Assembly: GCA_963764165.1 (NCBI GenBank) | Contig: CAVXRD010000002.1 | Span: forward strand, 3,008,001 to 3,072,000 | Reading direction: 5' to 3' | Length of the DNA stretch: 64,000 bases | Source of the DNA: an uncultured Verrucomicrobiae bacterium | Lineage (GTDB): Bacteria; Verrucomicrobiota; Verrucomicrobiia; Limisphaerales; Palsa-1400 | Shown here: positions 29,523-38,860 of the stretch, piece after piece | How the letters are laid out: every line of letters starts with the position of its first letter | How positions within the stretch are numbered: the first letter of the stretch is position 1 | Program-made: the position numbers and the translations under genes | The notes under the pieces: model-generated | Database searches by the model: none | What the model saw: the letters and a program-made list of their open reading frames with translations, nothing else | What the model was told of the DNA's origin: nothing

Positions 29523-29702
29523 TCACCAGCACTGAACGGAATCCGCGTCGAATATCTTGTCCAGCAAGTCGTTGTAATCAGGATCCGGCGCAGTCAAATC
29601 AAAGTGGCACACCTCGTTCGCGGGGTCTTTTTTTTGGCTCTCGATGAGTTCTTGGGCGGATTTCGATTCCGGTTTCGTGACGATGTGAAGAATGCGGCGC
29701 AT
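29523..29702 (-). CDS. 59-aa protein, short DsrH/TusB-like
   Basis: Not in ORF track. MRRILHIVTKPESKSAQELIESQKKDPANEVCHFDLTAPDPDYNDLLDKIFDADSVQCW; ATG 1 nt after upstream stop; DY..L...I...D.V..W C-terminus. Confidence 0.7.
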   Translation of the reverse strand: MRRILHIVTKPESKSAQELIESQKKDPANEVCHFDLTAPDPDYNDLLDKIFDADSVQCW

Positions 29703-29703
29703 G

Positions 29704-30006
29704 TTAGAAATGGAGAAGGGTGGTGGCTGCGGCGGCCATTTTGGAAAGTTCCTCGCCGCTGAGATTCTTGGTGGTTCGAATCGCGCCGCCGGAATCTGTT
29801 ATGAGACGCAAATGTTCGGATAAGTTGTCGCCATCAATCAAAAATTCCGCGTCGTCACCCGCAATGAACTCTGCCGGGCCGCGCAGACAGACATCGACAT
29901 GGACTTTTTTCCAGGCGCTGATTCCCGCCGCGATGCGCACCGCTTCCGCCGGACGCGGGCTGGTGCGCGGATCGCTGTCGATAATAAATAACAGGCGGGG
30001 TTTCAT
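29704..30006 (-). CDS. DsrE/F-fold protein (DsrF/TusC-like)
   Basis: LLFIIDSDP...AEAVRIAAG, ...ELSKMAAAATTLLHF. Confidence 0.7.
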   Translation of the reverse strand: MKPRLLFIIDSDPRTSPRPAEAVRIAAGISAWKKVHVDVCLRGPAEFIAGDDAEFLIDGDNLSEHLRLITDSGGAIRTTKNLSGEELSKMAAAATTLLHF

Positions 30007-30013
30007 TTTGGAA

Positions 30014-30340
30014 TCAATTGAAACTGACAAATCGATCCGCGGCCGCCACCAAATCACTCAAGAGCGCCAAGCCGGCATAATGAGTTTCCGCGTTTCTGGG
30101 AATGTTCCGTTTCTGCCCCCCGTAGGCGCAAACGTAAAGTTTCAATCCGCGTTTCGCGAGGGCCTGCAATTCCCCGGCCTCAGCGCCGGCAACAGCCTCG
30201 TCAACGCAATAAAGATAGACCTCGACGCCCCGCTCGACAGCGTTCTCGGCAAGGCGCAATCCGTGTCGAAAGCCCGGCTCGGCAGGCGCGGCGGAAAGGA
30301 GAATTCCCAGTTTTTTCCCCTGCAATGGAGTCGCCGCCAT
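30014..30340 (-). CDS. DsrE/TusD-family sulfur-transfer protein
   Basis: GGAGG SD; LGILLSAAP, VYLYCVDEAV, LYVCAYGGQKR (Cys at the TusD/DsrE active position), LSDLVAAADRFVSF. Confidence 0.82.
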   Translation of the reverse strand: MAATPLQGKKLGILLSAAPAEPGFRHGLRLAENAVERGVEVYLYCVDEAVAGAEAGELQALAKRGLKLYVCAYGGQKRNIPRNAETHYAGLALLSDLVAAADRFVSFN

Positions 30341-30354
30341 CATCCACCTCCAGT

Positions 30355-31269
30355 TCAACTCTCCTCGAACAAGGCACGGGCAAATTGGGCCGGATCGAAG
30401 GGCTGCAAATCGTCCGGCTTCTCACCGAGGCCGATGAATTTAACCGGCAACGCCAATTCACGTTGGATCGCCACCACCATGCCGCCTTTGCTGGTGCCAT
30501 CCAGCTTTGTGATCACCAAGCCGGTCAGCGGAACCGCCTTGTGGAATTCGCGAGCTTGAACGAGAGCGTTCATTCCAGTGGTGGCGTCAAGAACCAGCAG
30601 CGTTTCGTGCGGCGCCCCGGGCATTTTCTTCTGCATGACGCGATGAACCTTCTGCAATTCCTGCATGAGATTATGCTTGGTGTGCATGCGTCCGGCAGTG
30701 TCAATAAACAGGTAATCCGCCTTGCGCGCCAGCCCTGCCGCGATGCCATCGTGGGCCACGGATGCCGGGTCAGCTCCATGGGCGCCGGCAATGACGGGCA
30801 CCTTGAGGCGTTCACCCCAAAGCTTCAATTGTTCGACGGCGGCGGCGCGGAACGTGTCGCACGCCGCCAGAATCGCCGTTTGTCCTCCCGCTTGAACCAA
30901 ATGCGCCAGCTTCGCGGAGGTGGTGGTCTTGCCCGTGCCATTGACGCCGACAATGGATACAACGGTCAAACCCTCCGGCTGTTTAATAAGGCCGGCCTTG
31001 GTTGTGGACAGGCTTTTTTCGACTTCGGCGCGCGCGATATCAACGACATCCAACCCGCTGCGTCCTTGTGTTTCGTAGGCTCGCTTGACGGAAATGATGA
31101 TTTGGCGGGTCATTGCGGGTCCCAAATCCGCCGCGATGAGGGCTTTCTCCAGTTCCTCAATACTGTCAGTTGTCAGCCTGGGAGAGGCGGAGACGATGCG
31201 CTTGATTTCGTGGGTTAGCTTCTGCTGTGTCTTAACCAGCCCTTCTTTGAATTTTTGAAACAAACCCAT
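30355..31269 (-). CDS. ftsY: signal recognition particle receptor FtsY
   Basis: GVNGTGKTTT, DTFRAAA, DTAGR, TKLDGTSKGG. Confidence 0.97.
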   Translation of the reverse strand: MGLFQKFKEGLVKTQQKLTHEIKRIVSASPRLTTDSIEELEKALIAADLGPAMTRQIIISVKRAYETQGRSGLDVVDIARAEVEKSLSTTKAGLIKQPEGLTVVSIVGVNGTGKTTTSAKLAHLVQAGGQTAILAACDTFRAAAVEQLKLWGERLKVPVIAGAHGADPASVAHDGIAAGLARKADYLFIDTAGRMHTKHNLMQELQKVHRVMQKKMPGAPHETLLVLDATTGMNALVQAREFHKAVPLTGLVITKLDGTSKGGMVVAIQRELALPVKFIGLGEKPDDLQPFDPAQFARALFEES

Positions 31270-31282
31270 GGAAAATGCCAAT

Positions 31283-32146
31283 CTATATCGATACAGGACG
31301 CCGCCGTTGCTTCAAAAGCTCCAAAAAGACTGCGGGAAGCTTCACGCCGCCAATCAGCGGTTTGCCTTTGCTGAAACCATGACAGTCTGAGCCGCCCGTC
31401 ACCGCCAGATTATGCTTCCGAGCCAGCGCGAGATAATGTTCGCTTTGAGATTTCGTATGTTTGGTATGCCAACATTCCAATCCGTCCAATCCGGCGCTGG
31501 CCAATTGAGGTATGGCTTGGTCGCAGCGATTCAATCCAGGGTGCGCCACCACCGCAAGGCCGCCCGCCTCGTGGATCAGACCCATTCCTTCCGCCGTCGA
31601 AACTTTATGTTTCGGCACCCACGCAGGACGGCCCTTCTTGAGGAACCGATCAAAAGCCTCGTCCATGCTGGTGCAAAAACCTTCCTGGGCCAGGGCGCGC
31701 GCGACATGCGGGCGGCCGGGGGACTGGCAATTGGCCAGTTCGAACACCGATTCGACCCGCAGACCGACGCCAATCCCATTCAACCTTGCCACCATCTCTT
31801 TGATGCGATCCTGACGGGTAGTTTGAAACTTCTTCATCTCAGCCAGGAGGTTGGGATGATGAATGTCGAGGAAGTATCCAAGCAGATGGATTTCGCAGCC
31901 TTCAAAATCCGTGGTCAGCTCCGTCCCCGCAATGAACTCCACCCCAAGACCTTGGCAGGCGCGGCCCATCCGTTCGCACCCTTCGACAGTGTCGTGGTCG
32001 GTCAGGGCCATGGCGATCAAATGCTCAGCGGCCCCCCGCTGGGCGAGTTCTTCCGGGGTAAAGGTGCCGTCGGAGAAAAGTGTGTGAAGATGCAGATCCG
32101 CGAATCCGGTGGCCGGCTGGGTTGGTATGGCTGCACCGGTGATCAT
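31283..32146 (-). CDS. PHP-domain phosphoesterase (TrpH/YciV-like)
   Basis: DLHLHTLFSDG, LTDHD, IHLLGY, GRPH, AHP, GGSDCHG. Confidence 0.92.
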   Translation of the reverse strand: MITGAAIPTQPATGFADLHLHTLFSDGTFTPEELAQRGAAEHLIAMALTDHDTVEGCERMGRACQGLGVEFIAGTELTTDFEGCEIHLLGYFLDIHHPNLLAEMKKFQTTRQDRIKEMVARLNGIGVGLRVESVFELANCQSPGRPHVARALAQEGFCTSMDEAFDRFLKKGRPAWVPKHKVSTAEGMGLIHEAGGLAVVAHPGLNRCDQAIPQLASAGLDGLECWHTKHTKSQSEHYLALARKHNLAVTGGSDCHGFSKGKPLIGGVKLPAVFLELLKQRRRPVSI

Positions 32147-32643
32147 TTCACAACGCGGGCCGGGCGGGCCAGTTCGCCCTTGATTTTGTCGAGTATGCCG
32201 TTGACGAATTTTCCGCTATCTTGCGTGGAGTATTTTTTCGCGACATCCACTGCCTCATTAATAGACACAACCGGGGGAATATCATCCCGGAAAAGCATCT
32301 CATAAATCGCCAGGCGCAAAATATTTCGATCGACCACGGCAATGCGGTTCAGGTCCCAGTTTTGGGCGTAATGCTGGATTTTTTTGTCGAGGTCGGGACG
32401 GTGTTCGAGCACACCGCGAATGAGTTTGTCCGCAAACAGGCGGGTGGCCAGCTCTTCGGTGGTAGGGGGCGGCAATTCGACCGTTTGCCCCCAGGAGGCT
32501 GGCGCTTTCTCGCCTTCGATGGCTGGAGCGCGCTGGGAGTTCCAGAAATGGGCCAGCGCTTCCTCCAGATTTTCCGGAGGATTAAGATCGTGCTGAAAAA
32601 GAAACTGCACGGCCCGTTCTCGGGCTTCGCGGCGTTGTCCCAT
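32143..32643 (-). CDS. nusB: transcription antitermination factor NusB
   Basis: RREARERAVQFLF, VDRNILRL, VSINEAV, KFVNGILD. Confidence 0.96.
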   Translation of the reverse strand: MGQRREARERAVQFLFQHDLNPPENLEEALAHFWNSQRAPAIEGEKAPASWGQTVELPPPTTEELATRLFADKLIRGVLEHRPDLDKKIQHYAQNWDLNRIAVVDRNILRLAIYEMLFRDDIPPVVSINEAVDVAKKYSTQDSGKFVNGILDKIKGELARPARVVK

Positions 32644-32763
32644 GCTCCATAGAATGCCGCCAAAAGTGCCGATGCAAAAGCAAATTCGCCTAATTAGATG
32701 CCGGCAGAACGTGGGACAAACCCCGAAGGCAACCGAGGCGGCTCAAACGGGAGCATGTCCCCA

Positions 32764-32791
32764 TTGACAATGGCACGGATGCTGCTATTGT
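32764..32791 (+). promoter_or_regulatory. sigma54 promoter of pilin gene overlapping a sigma70-like promoter
   Basis: TGGCACGGATGCTGCT (32771-32786, GG-N10-GC) interleaved with TTGACA-N16-TATTGT. Confidence 0.7.
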
Positions 32792-32894
32792 TGCTAGTGC
32801 GGTTAGCAAAAGGCAATCCGTGAACAAGAACGTATTAGATATAACCCGCCTTTTGCTGTGTTCACGCCGCTCGTTGAAAGAAAGTCATATATAT

Positions 32895-33272
32895 ATGCAA
32901 AAGAAAGTTAATCGCAAGTCGGGTTTTACCCTCGTTGAAATCATGATCGTTGTCGCCATCATCGGTTTGCTGGCCGCCATCGCGATCCCCAACTTCGTCA
33001 AAGCCCGCACGACCTCGCAGCAAAACGCCTGCATCAACAACCTCCGCCTGGTGGACTCCTCCAAGCAGCAATGGGCCTTGGAACAACGCCAGCAGAGCAC
33101 AGCCGTCCCGGCTGGCACCGACCTGCAGCCCTATTTGGGCCGCGGCGCGAACGGCGAATTGCCGACCTGCCCTGTGGATCCGCAGAACGGTTTCGGAACC
33201 AGCTATACCCCTGGCGCCGTCAATACCAAGCCCCTCTGCCAGATCGTCTCCTCGACGCACATCCTTCCTTAA
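32895..33272 (+). CDS. type IV pilin-like protein (probable major pilin)
   Basis: MQKKVNRKSG/FTLVEIMIVVAIIGLLAAIAIPNF class III signal; short head with Cys; own promoter and terminator. Confidence 0.88.
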   Translation: MQKKVNRKSGFTLVEIMIVVAIIGLLAAIAIPNFVKARTTSQQNACINNLRLVDSSKQQWALEQRQQSTAVPAGTDLQPYLGRGANGELPTCPVDPQNGFGTSYTPGAVNTKPLCQIVSSTHILP

Positions 33273-33307
33273 TGGATACTTTATCGTGATCTGCTGATCA
33301 CGGTCAC

Positions 33308-33343
33308 AGAGGCCCGGAGTAAAATCCGGGCCTCTTTTATTTT
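33308..33343 (+). terminator. intrinsic terminator of pilin gene
   Basis: AGAGGCCCGGA-GTAAAA-TCCGGGCCTCT-TTTATTTT. Confidence 0.88.
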
Positions 33344-33353
33344 CTGTTATTTT

Positions 33354-33434
33354 GGCAGGACGAGACGCCCCCGATCCCTTATTGGATTCGGTTTCCAGCT
33401 ATCCAGGATGGGCTCGACGGAGTCTCGCCCTGCC
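33354..33434. repeat. degenerate REP doublet (family D-like)
   Basis: GGCAGGACGAGAC...GGCTCGACGGAGTCTCGCCCTGCC. Confidence 0.6.
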
Positions 33435-33500
33435 GGGTTCGACATCTGTTTTCTAGGATAAATTCTTTTTTTGACGTCAAACTTCCTGTCAAATGACCAG

Positions 33501-35114
33501 ATGGACACGGCTGATAACCGCGCTGGCACATTCTTGAAATGGTGTTTTTGCGCTGCCGTCCTGGCGCTGGCGCTTTACCAATTCTCCGAAAGCACCTCAG
33601 ACCCAGACCTTTGGGCGCATACGCTCGTCGGCGAACACATCTTGCGCACCGGCAAATTGCAGAACTTCGAGCCGTATTCATGGACCGCCGCGGGAACGCC
33701 ATGGATCAACCACGAGTTGCTGGCGGAAATCGCGCTCGGCGGCGCGCATTGGCTTCTTGGCGGCATGGGCATCATGGTTCTCAAGGTCCTTGTTGGATTT
33801 CTCACGTTTGGAATTGCGCTGAAATTGGGATTGGAACAATTGAAATGGCCACAACGCGCGGTGGCGTGGGCGGTTGGAGGCTTGGCGGTGGTCGAAATTT
33901 CCTATGGTTTCGCCCCCCGGCCCCAGATTTTCACCGCGCTCGGCCTCGCCATTGAACTCGCACTCCTGCGAAGGATTGCAAACGGCGGCAAATGGTGGTG
34001 CGCGGCGCTGCCCGTTTTAACGGCTTTGTGGGTTAACACACACGGCGGCGTGCTGGCGGGCCTGGCGATCATGTTCGTGACCGCAGCCTGCTTTACGATC
34101 CAATGGATGAATCCTGGCATCGCCAAAAGGCTGTCTTCCGAGACTGTGCCCGGGCTATTGGTCGCAGGGTTATGGATTGCGAGCGTGCTCTCCGCCGCTG
34201 CCTTGCTGGTGAATCCTTACGGCTGGCGGCTGATTGAATGGACCATCAGCGGCGTCGTCTGGCTGCACGAGCGGACAGAATTGGAGGAGTGGCGCCCGAC
34301 GCCCCCAAGCCTGAGCCATGCGGCGCTTTTCGTGCTGCTGATTTTGGCGGGCGCTTCGTTTCTATTGTCTCGGCGCAAGCGGGCGCTTTGGGAGATCGCA
34401 GTCACCGCCGGATTGGCGGTGTTTGCGTTGCGCTCGGTGCGGCATGTGCCGCTGTTCGCGATCACGGCGCTGGCTTTTGTGCCGCCGCACCTGGCGGATG
34501 TTCTTGTGCGCTTTCGCGAGCATTATGCGAAGCTGGATGAAATGTTTCGTCAACGTCGGACGCAACTTGTAACGTCCATCGCCCTCGCATTGGTGGCGGG
34601 TGCCGAATTCACCGCCGCGTTCAGCTTGCACAAAGACCATCCCTTCACCATGGAAGTGCCGCGAAATCAATATCCAATGGCCGCTGTGGATTTCATCCGA
34701 ACGCATCAACTGCGCGGAAATCTGCTGGTGTTTTTCGACTGGGGTGAAATGTGCCTTTGGGAATTGCCCCAATGCGCCGTCTCCCTCGATGGCCGCTGGG
34801 AGACGTGCTACCCGCGCGATCTCATTCCCGAACATTGGAAATTCTACAACGCCGAGCCGACTGACAAGAAGATTTTGGATATCAGCAAAGCGGACCTGGC
34901 CCTGCTGCCGGGGAACCTGGCCGGAACAGTTGCCCTTGCTCACACGGCCGGATGGGTGGTTGCCTACGAGGACAATTTAGCGGCGGTTCTAGTGCGCGAC
35001 CCATCAAGATTTCCGATGCTGGTCAAAGCGAGGCTGCCCATCGAAGGTTCTCCAAGCGCGACGATGGGCCGCGCAGCCTTTCCAGACGGCCACGCGGAGC
35101 GCCTCTACCAATAA
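33501..35114 (+). CDS. polytopic membrane protein, GT-C-like (possible glycosyltransferase)
   Basis: Acidic motif DPDLWAH after TM1, WINHELL, RPQIFT, WVNTHGG, NPYG, EEWRP, about 11-13 TMs, C-terminal soluble domain with DGR. Confidence 0.65.
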   Translation: MDTADNRAGTFLKWCFCAAVLALALYQFSESTSDPDLWAHTLVGEHILRTGKLQNFEPYSWTAAGTPWINHELLAEIALGGAHWLLGGMGIMVLKVLVGFLTFGIALKLGLEQLKWPQRAVAWAVGGLAVVEISYGFAPRPQIFTALGLAIELALLRRIANGGKWWCAALPVLTALWVNTHGGVLAGLAIMFVTAACFTIQWMNPGIAKRLSSETVPGLLVAGLWIASVLSAAALLVNPYGWRLIEWTISGVVWLHERTELEEWRPTPPSLSHAALFVLLILAGASFLLSRRKRALWEIAVTAGLAVFALRSVRHVPLFAITALAFVPPHLADVLVRFREHYAKLDEMFRQRRTQLVTSIALALVAGAEFTAAFSLHKDHPFTMEVPRNQYPMAAVDFIRTHQLRGNLLVFFDWGEMCLWELPQCAVSLDGRWETCYPRDLIPEHWKFYNAEPTDKKILDISKADLALLPGNLAGTVALAHTAGWVVAYEDNLAAVLVRDPSRFPMLVKARLPIEGSPSATMGRAAFPDGHAERLYQ

Positions 35115-35176
35115 CGAGCCGGCAATGATTCAAGCCGGCCATGTTAATGGAGTGTGGGCAAAGCATTAAATATATA

Positions 35177-35327
35177 TAATCTGGAACTCCCGAACTCAGG
35201 AAAGGAGGCCGCTCTCATTTGTGGGCGATGGGAGGTGGGGTGCAAGTCGGGGAAACGCCGGACCCGAATTAACGATGCGCGCGAAACCAACTTCAGTCTC
35301 TTTTCCTGCGTTCGGGCGTTCCTGATT
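35177..35327. mobile_element. MITE-like element, family B
   Basis: TAATCTGGAACTCCCGAACTCAGGAA ... TTCCTGCGTTCGGGCGTTCCTGATT; same length as 27219-27368. Confidence 0.65.
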
Positions 35328-35466
35328 CAATTTTCCGAATTTTTTCTCCAAATATCGTGCCGAAAACACTCTGGTAGGTTTTCCATCCCGCGCCATCCGT
35401 GCCAAAGTGCGTCCATGCGTATGCAAGGTCATATTGAGCGAATAGGGTCGGCGCGCAACTTCGAAC

Positions 35467-35530
35467 AGAGTGGCAGCGGCGTCCCGCCGCTGAATCGGCC
35501 CGTAAGAGGCGAGACGCCTCTGCCACTTTC
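35467..35530. repeat. REP doublet, family E
   Basis: AGAGTGGCAGCGGCGTCCCGCCGCTG...AGAGGCGAGACGCCTCTGCCACTTTC; second copy ~45529-45605. Confidence 0.75.
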
Positions 35531-35729
35531 AATGGACAGAGCGGCGGCGGAGTTTTGTCCTGCGCCCTCAACCGCCTCTCGCCGGAGGAATCGTTGCACT
35601 CTATTGCACCTGCCATTTTCTTTCACTTAATGCCCGGGTTTTTCTCCGGAAAAATAAATCCGTGCCTCGCAGGGCCGAATCGCGCTATGATTTGTTCCCG
35701 AAACGCTGCCCATCACTAAAGGAACATAT

Positions 35730-36845
35730 ATGAGCAAAATTCGGGTTTTGGTCGGAACGAAGAAAGGCGCATTCATCTTGACTGCGGATGGCAAGCGCGA
35801 CAAGTGGGAGGTCAACGGCCCGCACTTTGCGGGCTGGGAGATTTATCACATGAAGGGATCGCCCACCGCGCCGGACCGCCTTTATGCTTCCCAATCCTCT
35901 GGCTGGTTTGGCCAGATGATGCAGCGCTCGGATGACGGCGGGAAAACTTGGGAGGCGGTTGGCAAGGAATTCAAATACGACGGCGTCCCTGGCACGCACA
36001 AATGGTATGACGGCACGCAGCATCCCTGGGAATTCAAACGCATCTGGCATTTGGAGCCGTCGCTGACCGATCCTGACACCGTTTACGCGGGGGCGGAGGA
36101 CGCGGCCCTTTTCCGCACTGCGGATGGCGGCAAAACGTGGCGGGAATTTCCCGGCCTGCGCAGCGCCAAGGGCCACCTGTGGCAGCCCGGCGCGGGCGGG
36201 ATGGGCTTGCACACCATTCTTCTTGACCCAACGAATCCCAAACGCATTTACGTGGCCATTTCCGCGGCGGGCGCGTTTCGCACCGATGATGGCGGCACAA
36301 CGTGGATTCCCATCAATCGCGGTCTTCGGTCCCAATGGGAGCTTCCCGATCCACAGGCGGAAGTGGGCCACTGCGTTCATCGCATTGCGATGCATGCGTC
36401 GCGCCCCGGCGTGCTTTACATGCAAAAGCATTGGGACGTCCTGCGAACCGACAATGCGGGTGAATTGTGGTCGGAGGTGAGCGGGAATTTGCCGAGCGAT
36501 TTTGGTTTTCCCATTGACGTCCACGCGCACGAGCCGGAGACGATTTACGTCGTGCCGATCAAGAGCGATTCCGAACATTTTCCGCCCGATGGAAAATTGC
36601 GCGTCTATCGCAGCAGAACTGGCGGCAATGAATGGGAACCGCTCACGCGCGGCCTGCCGCAGAAGGATTGCTACGTGAATATCCTGCGCGACGCAATGGC
36701 TGTGGATTCGATGGATCCGTGCGGCCTCTATTTCGGAACGACTGGCGGACAGGTCTACGCCTCCGCTGATTCCGGGGATACGTGGAGCGCGATTGTGCAT
36801 GATCTTCCGGCGGTGTTGTCCGTCGAGGTGCAGGTTTTGCCATGA
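35730..36845 (+). CDS. BNR/Asp-box repeat beta-propeller (sialidase-like fold), no signal peptide
   Basis: [16 protein letters not shown]; repeated S/T.DGG.TW Asp boxes. Confidence 0.88.
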   Translation: MSKIRVLVGTKKGAFILTADGKRDKWEVNGPHFAGWEIYHMKGSPTAPDRLYASQSSGWFGQMMQRSDDGGKTWEAVGKEFKYDGVPGTHKWYDGTQHPWEFKRIWHLEPSLTDPDTVYAGAEDAALFRTADGGKTWREFPGLRSAKGHLWQPGAGGMGLHTILLDPTNPKRIYVAISAAGAFRTDDGGTTWIPINRGLRSQWELPDPQAEVGHCVHRIAMHASRPGVLYMQKHWDVLRTDNAGELWSEVSGNLPSDFGFPIDVHAHEPETIYVVPIKSDSEHFPPDGKLRVYRSRTGGNEWEPLTRGLPQKDCYVNILRDAMAVDSMDPCGLYFGTTGGQVYASADSGDTWSAIVHDLPAVLSVEVQVLP

Positions 36846-37138
36846 TCCGCGTGATCATTCCCTATCATCTGCGGACGCTGGCCAAAGTGAATGGGGACGT
36901 TCTGCTTGACGTTGCGGAGCCGGCCACGATTGCGGCGGTTCTTGACGCGCTGGAAAATCAATATCCCGTTTTGCGGGGGACGATCCGCGAGCTTGAAACT
37001 GGGAAGCGGCGCGCGCTCGTCCGCTTCTTCGCCTGCCAGGACGACCTTTCGCATCAACCACTTGACACGCTGCTGCCGGCAGCGGTGGCGGCGGGCAGGG
37101 AGCCGTTTATGGTCGTGGGCGCGATGGCAGGCGGCTAG
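36842..37138 (+). CDS. MoaD/ThiS-family ubiquitin-like protein
   Basis: IP..LR, LE..YP.L, VRFF, C-terminal GAMAGG; ATGA overlap with propeller gene. Confidence 0.9.
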   Translation: MIRVIIPYHLRTLAKVNGDVLLDVAEPATIAAVLDALENQYPVLRGTIRELETGKRRALVRFFACQDDLSHQPLDTLLPAAVAAGREPFMVVGAMAGG

Positions 37139-37140
37139 CC

Positions 37141-38811
37141 ATGCAAAACCAAGCCGCCGCGTTCAATCTCAGGGGCAATTTTCGACTTTACAGGAAGGAA
37201 TGGCTTGCGGGTGACGTTGTGGCCGGCATCAGCGGTTGTTTGATCATGGTGCCGGCGGTGGTGGCTTATGCGCGCCTGACCGGGCTGCCGCCCGAGAGCG
37301 GCCTTTACGCGGCGCTGGCGCCGCTGCTGATCTACCCGTTCTTCACGACATCGCCCCAAGTCATCGTCGGGCCCGACATCGCCATTTGCCTTCTTATGTT
37401 CAGCGCAATTGCTCCGCTCGCGGCAGGCGATCCCGCCCACGCGGCCGTGCTGGCTGCGTTCCTTTCAGTGGCGAGCGGCGCGCTGTTGCTGCTGGGCAGC
37501 CGTCTCAAACTGGGGCGGACGGCGGACTTTCTCTCCAAGCCGGTTCTCGTCGGCTACATGACGGGCGCGGCGCTGATTCTCGTCGCATCACAATTGAACA
37601 GCCTTCTTGGAATTCAGTTGACTCAAAACTTCTTCTTCCCGCGCTTGATGGAAACGGCGCGCTTGCTTCCAAAGACAAATCTTCCAACGCTTTATTTTGG
37701 ATTGGGACTGCTGGCATTGATCTTCACACTGCGGCGGTGGTCGCGAAAAATTCCGGCGGCGATCATCGTGTGCGCGGTGGCGACGGTGCTTTCTCTCGCG
37801 TTCGGTTTCGAGCGGTTCGGCATTGCGGTCGTGGGAAAGTTCACCAGCGGACTGCCAACATTCAAATCGCCCGCCGTGGATTGGGTCGAAATTCACAGCT
37901 TGCTGCCCGCCGCGATGGGAATCGCCTTTCTCGCTTACACGGAAGGCATTCTGCTGGCGCGGGCGTTCGCCGCCAAAAACGGCTACGAAGTCGCGGCCGA
38001 CCGCGAACTCACGGCGCTGGGCGCGGCAAATTTAGCAAACGGATTTTTCCAGGGATTTCCCGTGACCGGCAGCCAATCGCGAACCACCATCAACGATGAA
38101 GCGGGCGGGCGCACTCAGGTGGCGAGCCTCATTATGGCGGTCTGCGTGGCGGTTTTTATCTTATTCTTGACGCCGTTGCTTGCCCATTTGCCGACAGTTG
38201 CGCTGGCGGCTGTTCTTATCAACGGCGGATGGAGCCTGGTTGAATTCGATGCGATGAAGCGCATTTACCGCCATTATCCTTCGGCGGCGGGAATAGCGGC
38301 GTTGACGACGGCGGGCGTGCTGGTGGCAGGCGTCGTCGCGGGGATTTTGCTGGGCGTCATATTGTCGCTGCTCACGTTGATTGGAAGAATTTCGCACCCG
38401 CCCGACGCGATATTGCGCGAGGTTCCCGGACACGGTTTCCACGACGTCGATCCAAGCACAGGCGAGACGCTGCCGGGGCTGATTGTCTACCGGTTTTATG
38501 CGCCGCTTCTCTTCAGCAATTGCGGCTATTTTGCCGAACGCGTCCATGCGCTCATCGCCGCGCAACCCGCGCCGGTGCGATGGTTCCTGCTGGACGCGCA
38601 AGCGATCACGGATATCGACGTGACAGCCACGGAAACGCTGCACGCGCTGCACCGCGAATTGAACGAGCGCGGCATCGCCTTGAAAATCGCGCATGCGAAC
38701 CGGCCGTTGCGTTCGCTGCTGGAACGCACCGGGCTGGACACGGAAATTGGGCCGGGGAGCTTTTACGCCTCGGTGCATGAATGCGTGACCGCATTCAAGG
38801 GCGCATTTTGA
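37141..38811 (+). CDS. SulP/SLC26 anion transporter with STAS domain
   Basis: DVVAG, AYA.L.GLPP..GLY, GPD, FPVTGSQSRT, STAS (DIDVTA). Confidence 0.93.
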   Translation: MQNQAAAFNLRGNFRLYRKEWLAGDVVAGISGCLIMVPAVVAYARLTGLPPESGLYAALAPLLIYPFFTTSPQVIVGPDIAICLLMFSAIAPLAAGDPAHAAVLAAFLSVASGALLLLGSRLKLGRTADFLSKPVLVGYMTGAALILVASQLNSLLGIQLTQNFFFPRLMETARLLPKTNLPTLYFGLGLLALIFTLRRWSRKIPAAIIVCAVATVLSLAFGFERFGIAVVGKFTSGLPTFKSPAVDWVEIHSLLPAAMGIAFLAYTEGILLARAFAAKNGYEVAADRELTALGAANLANGFFQGFPVTGSQSRTTINDEAGGRTQVASLIMAVCVAVFILFLTPLLAHLPTVALAAVLINGGWSLVEFDAMKRIYRHYPSAAGIAALTTAGVLVAGVVAGILLGVILSLLTLIGRISHPPDAILREVPGHGFHDVDPSTGETLPGLIVYRFYAPLLFSNCGYFAERVHALIAAQPAPVRWFLLDAQAITDIDVTATETLHALHRELNERGIALKIAHANRPLRSLLERTGLDTEIGPGSFYASVHECVTAFKGAF

Positions 38812-38860
38812 AATTGCCAGGACGCGATTGCCGGCGTGAACTTTCATATTATCTTTACGC

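Noticed and set aside
32700..32765. Resemblance to a c-di-GMP-I riboswitch (GGACAAACC...)
   Set aside because: Lies upstream of the predicted promoter and lacks the GNRA loop/receptor layout; the GGGACA...TGTCCC inverted repeat may instead be an activator site
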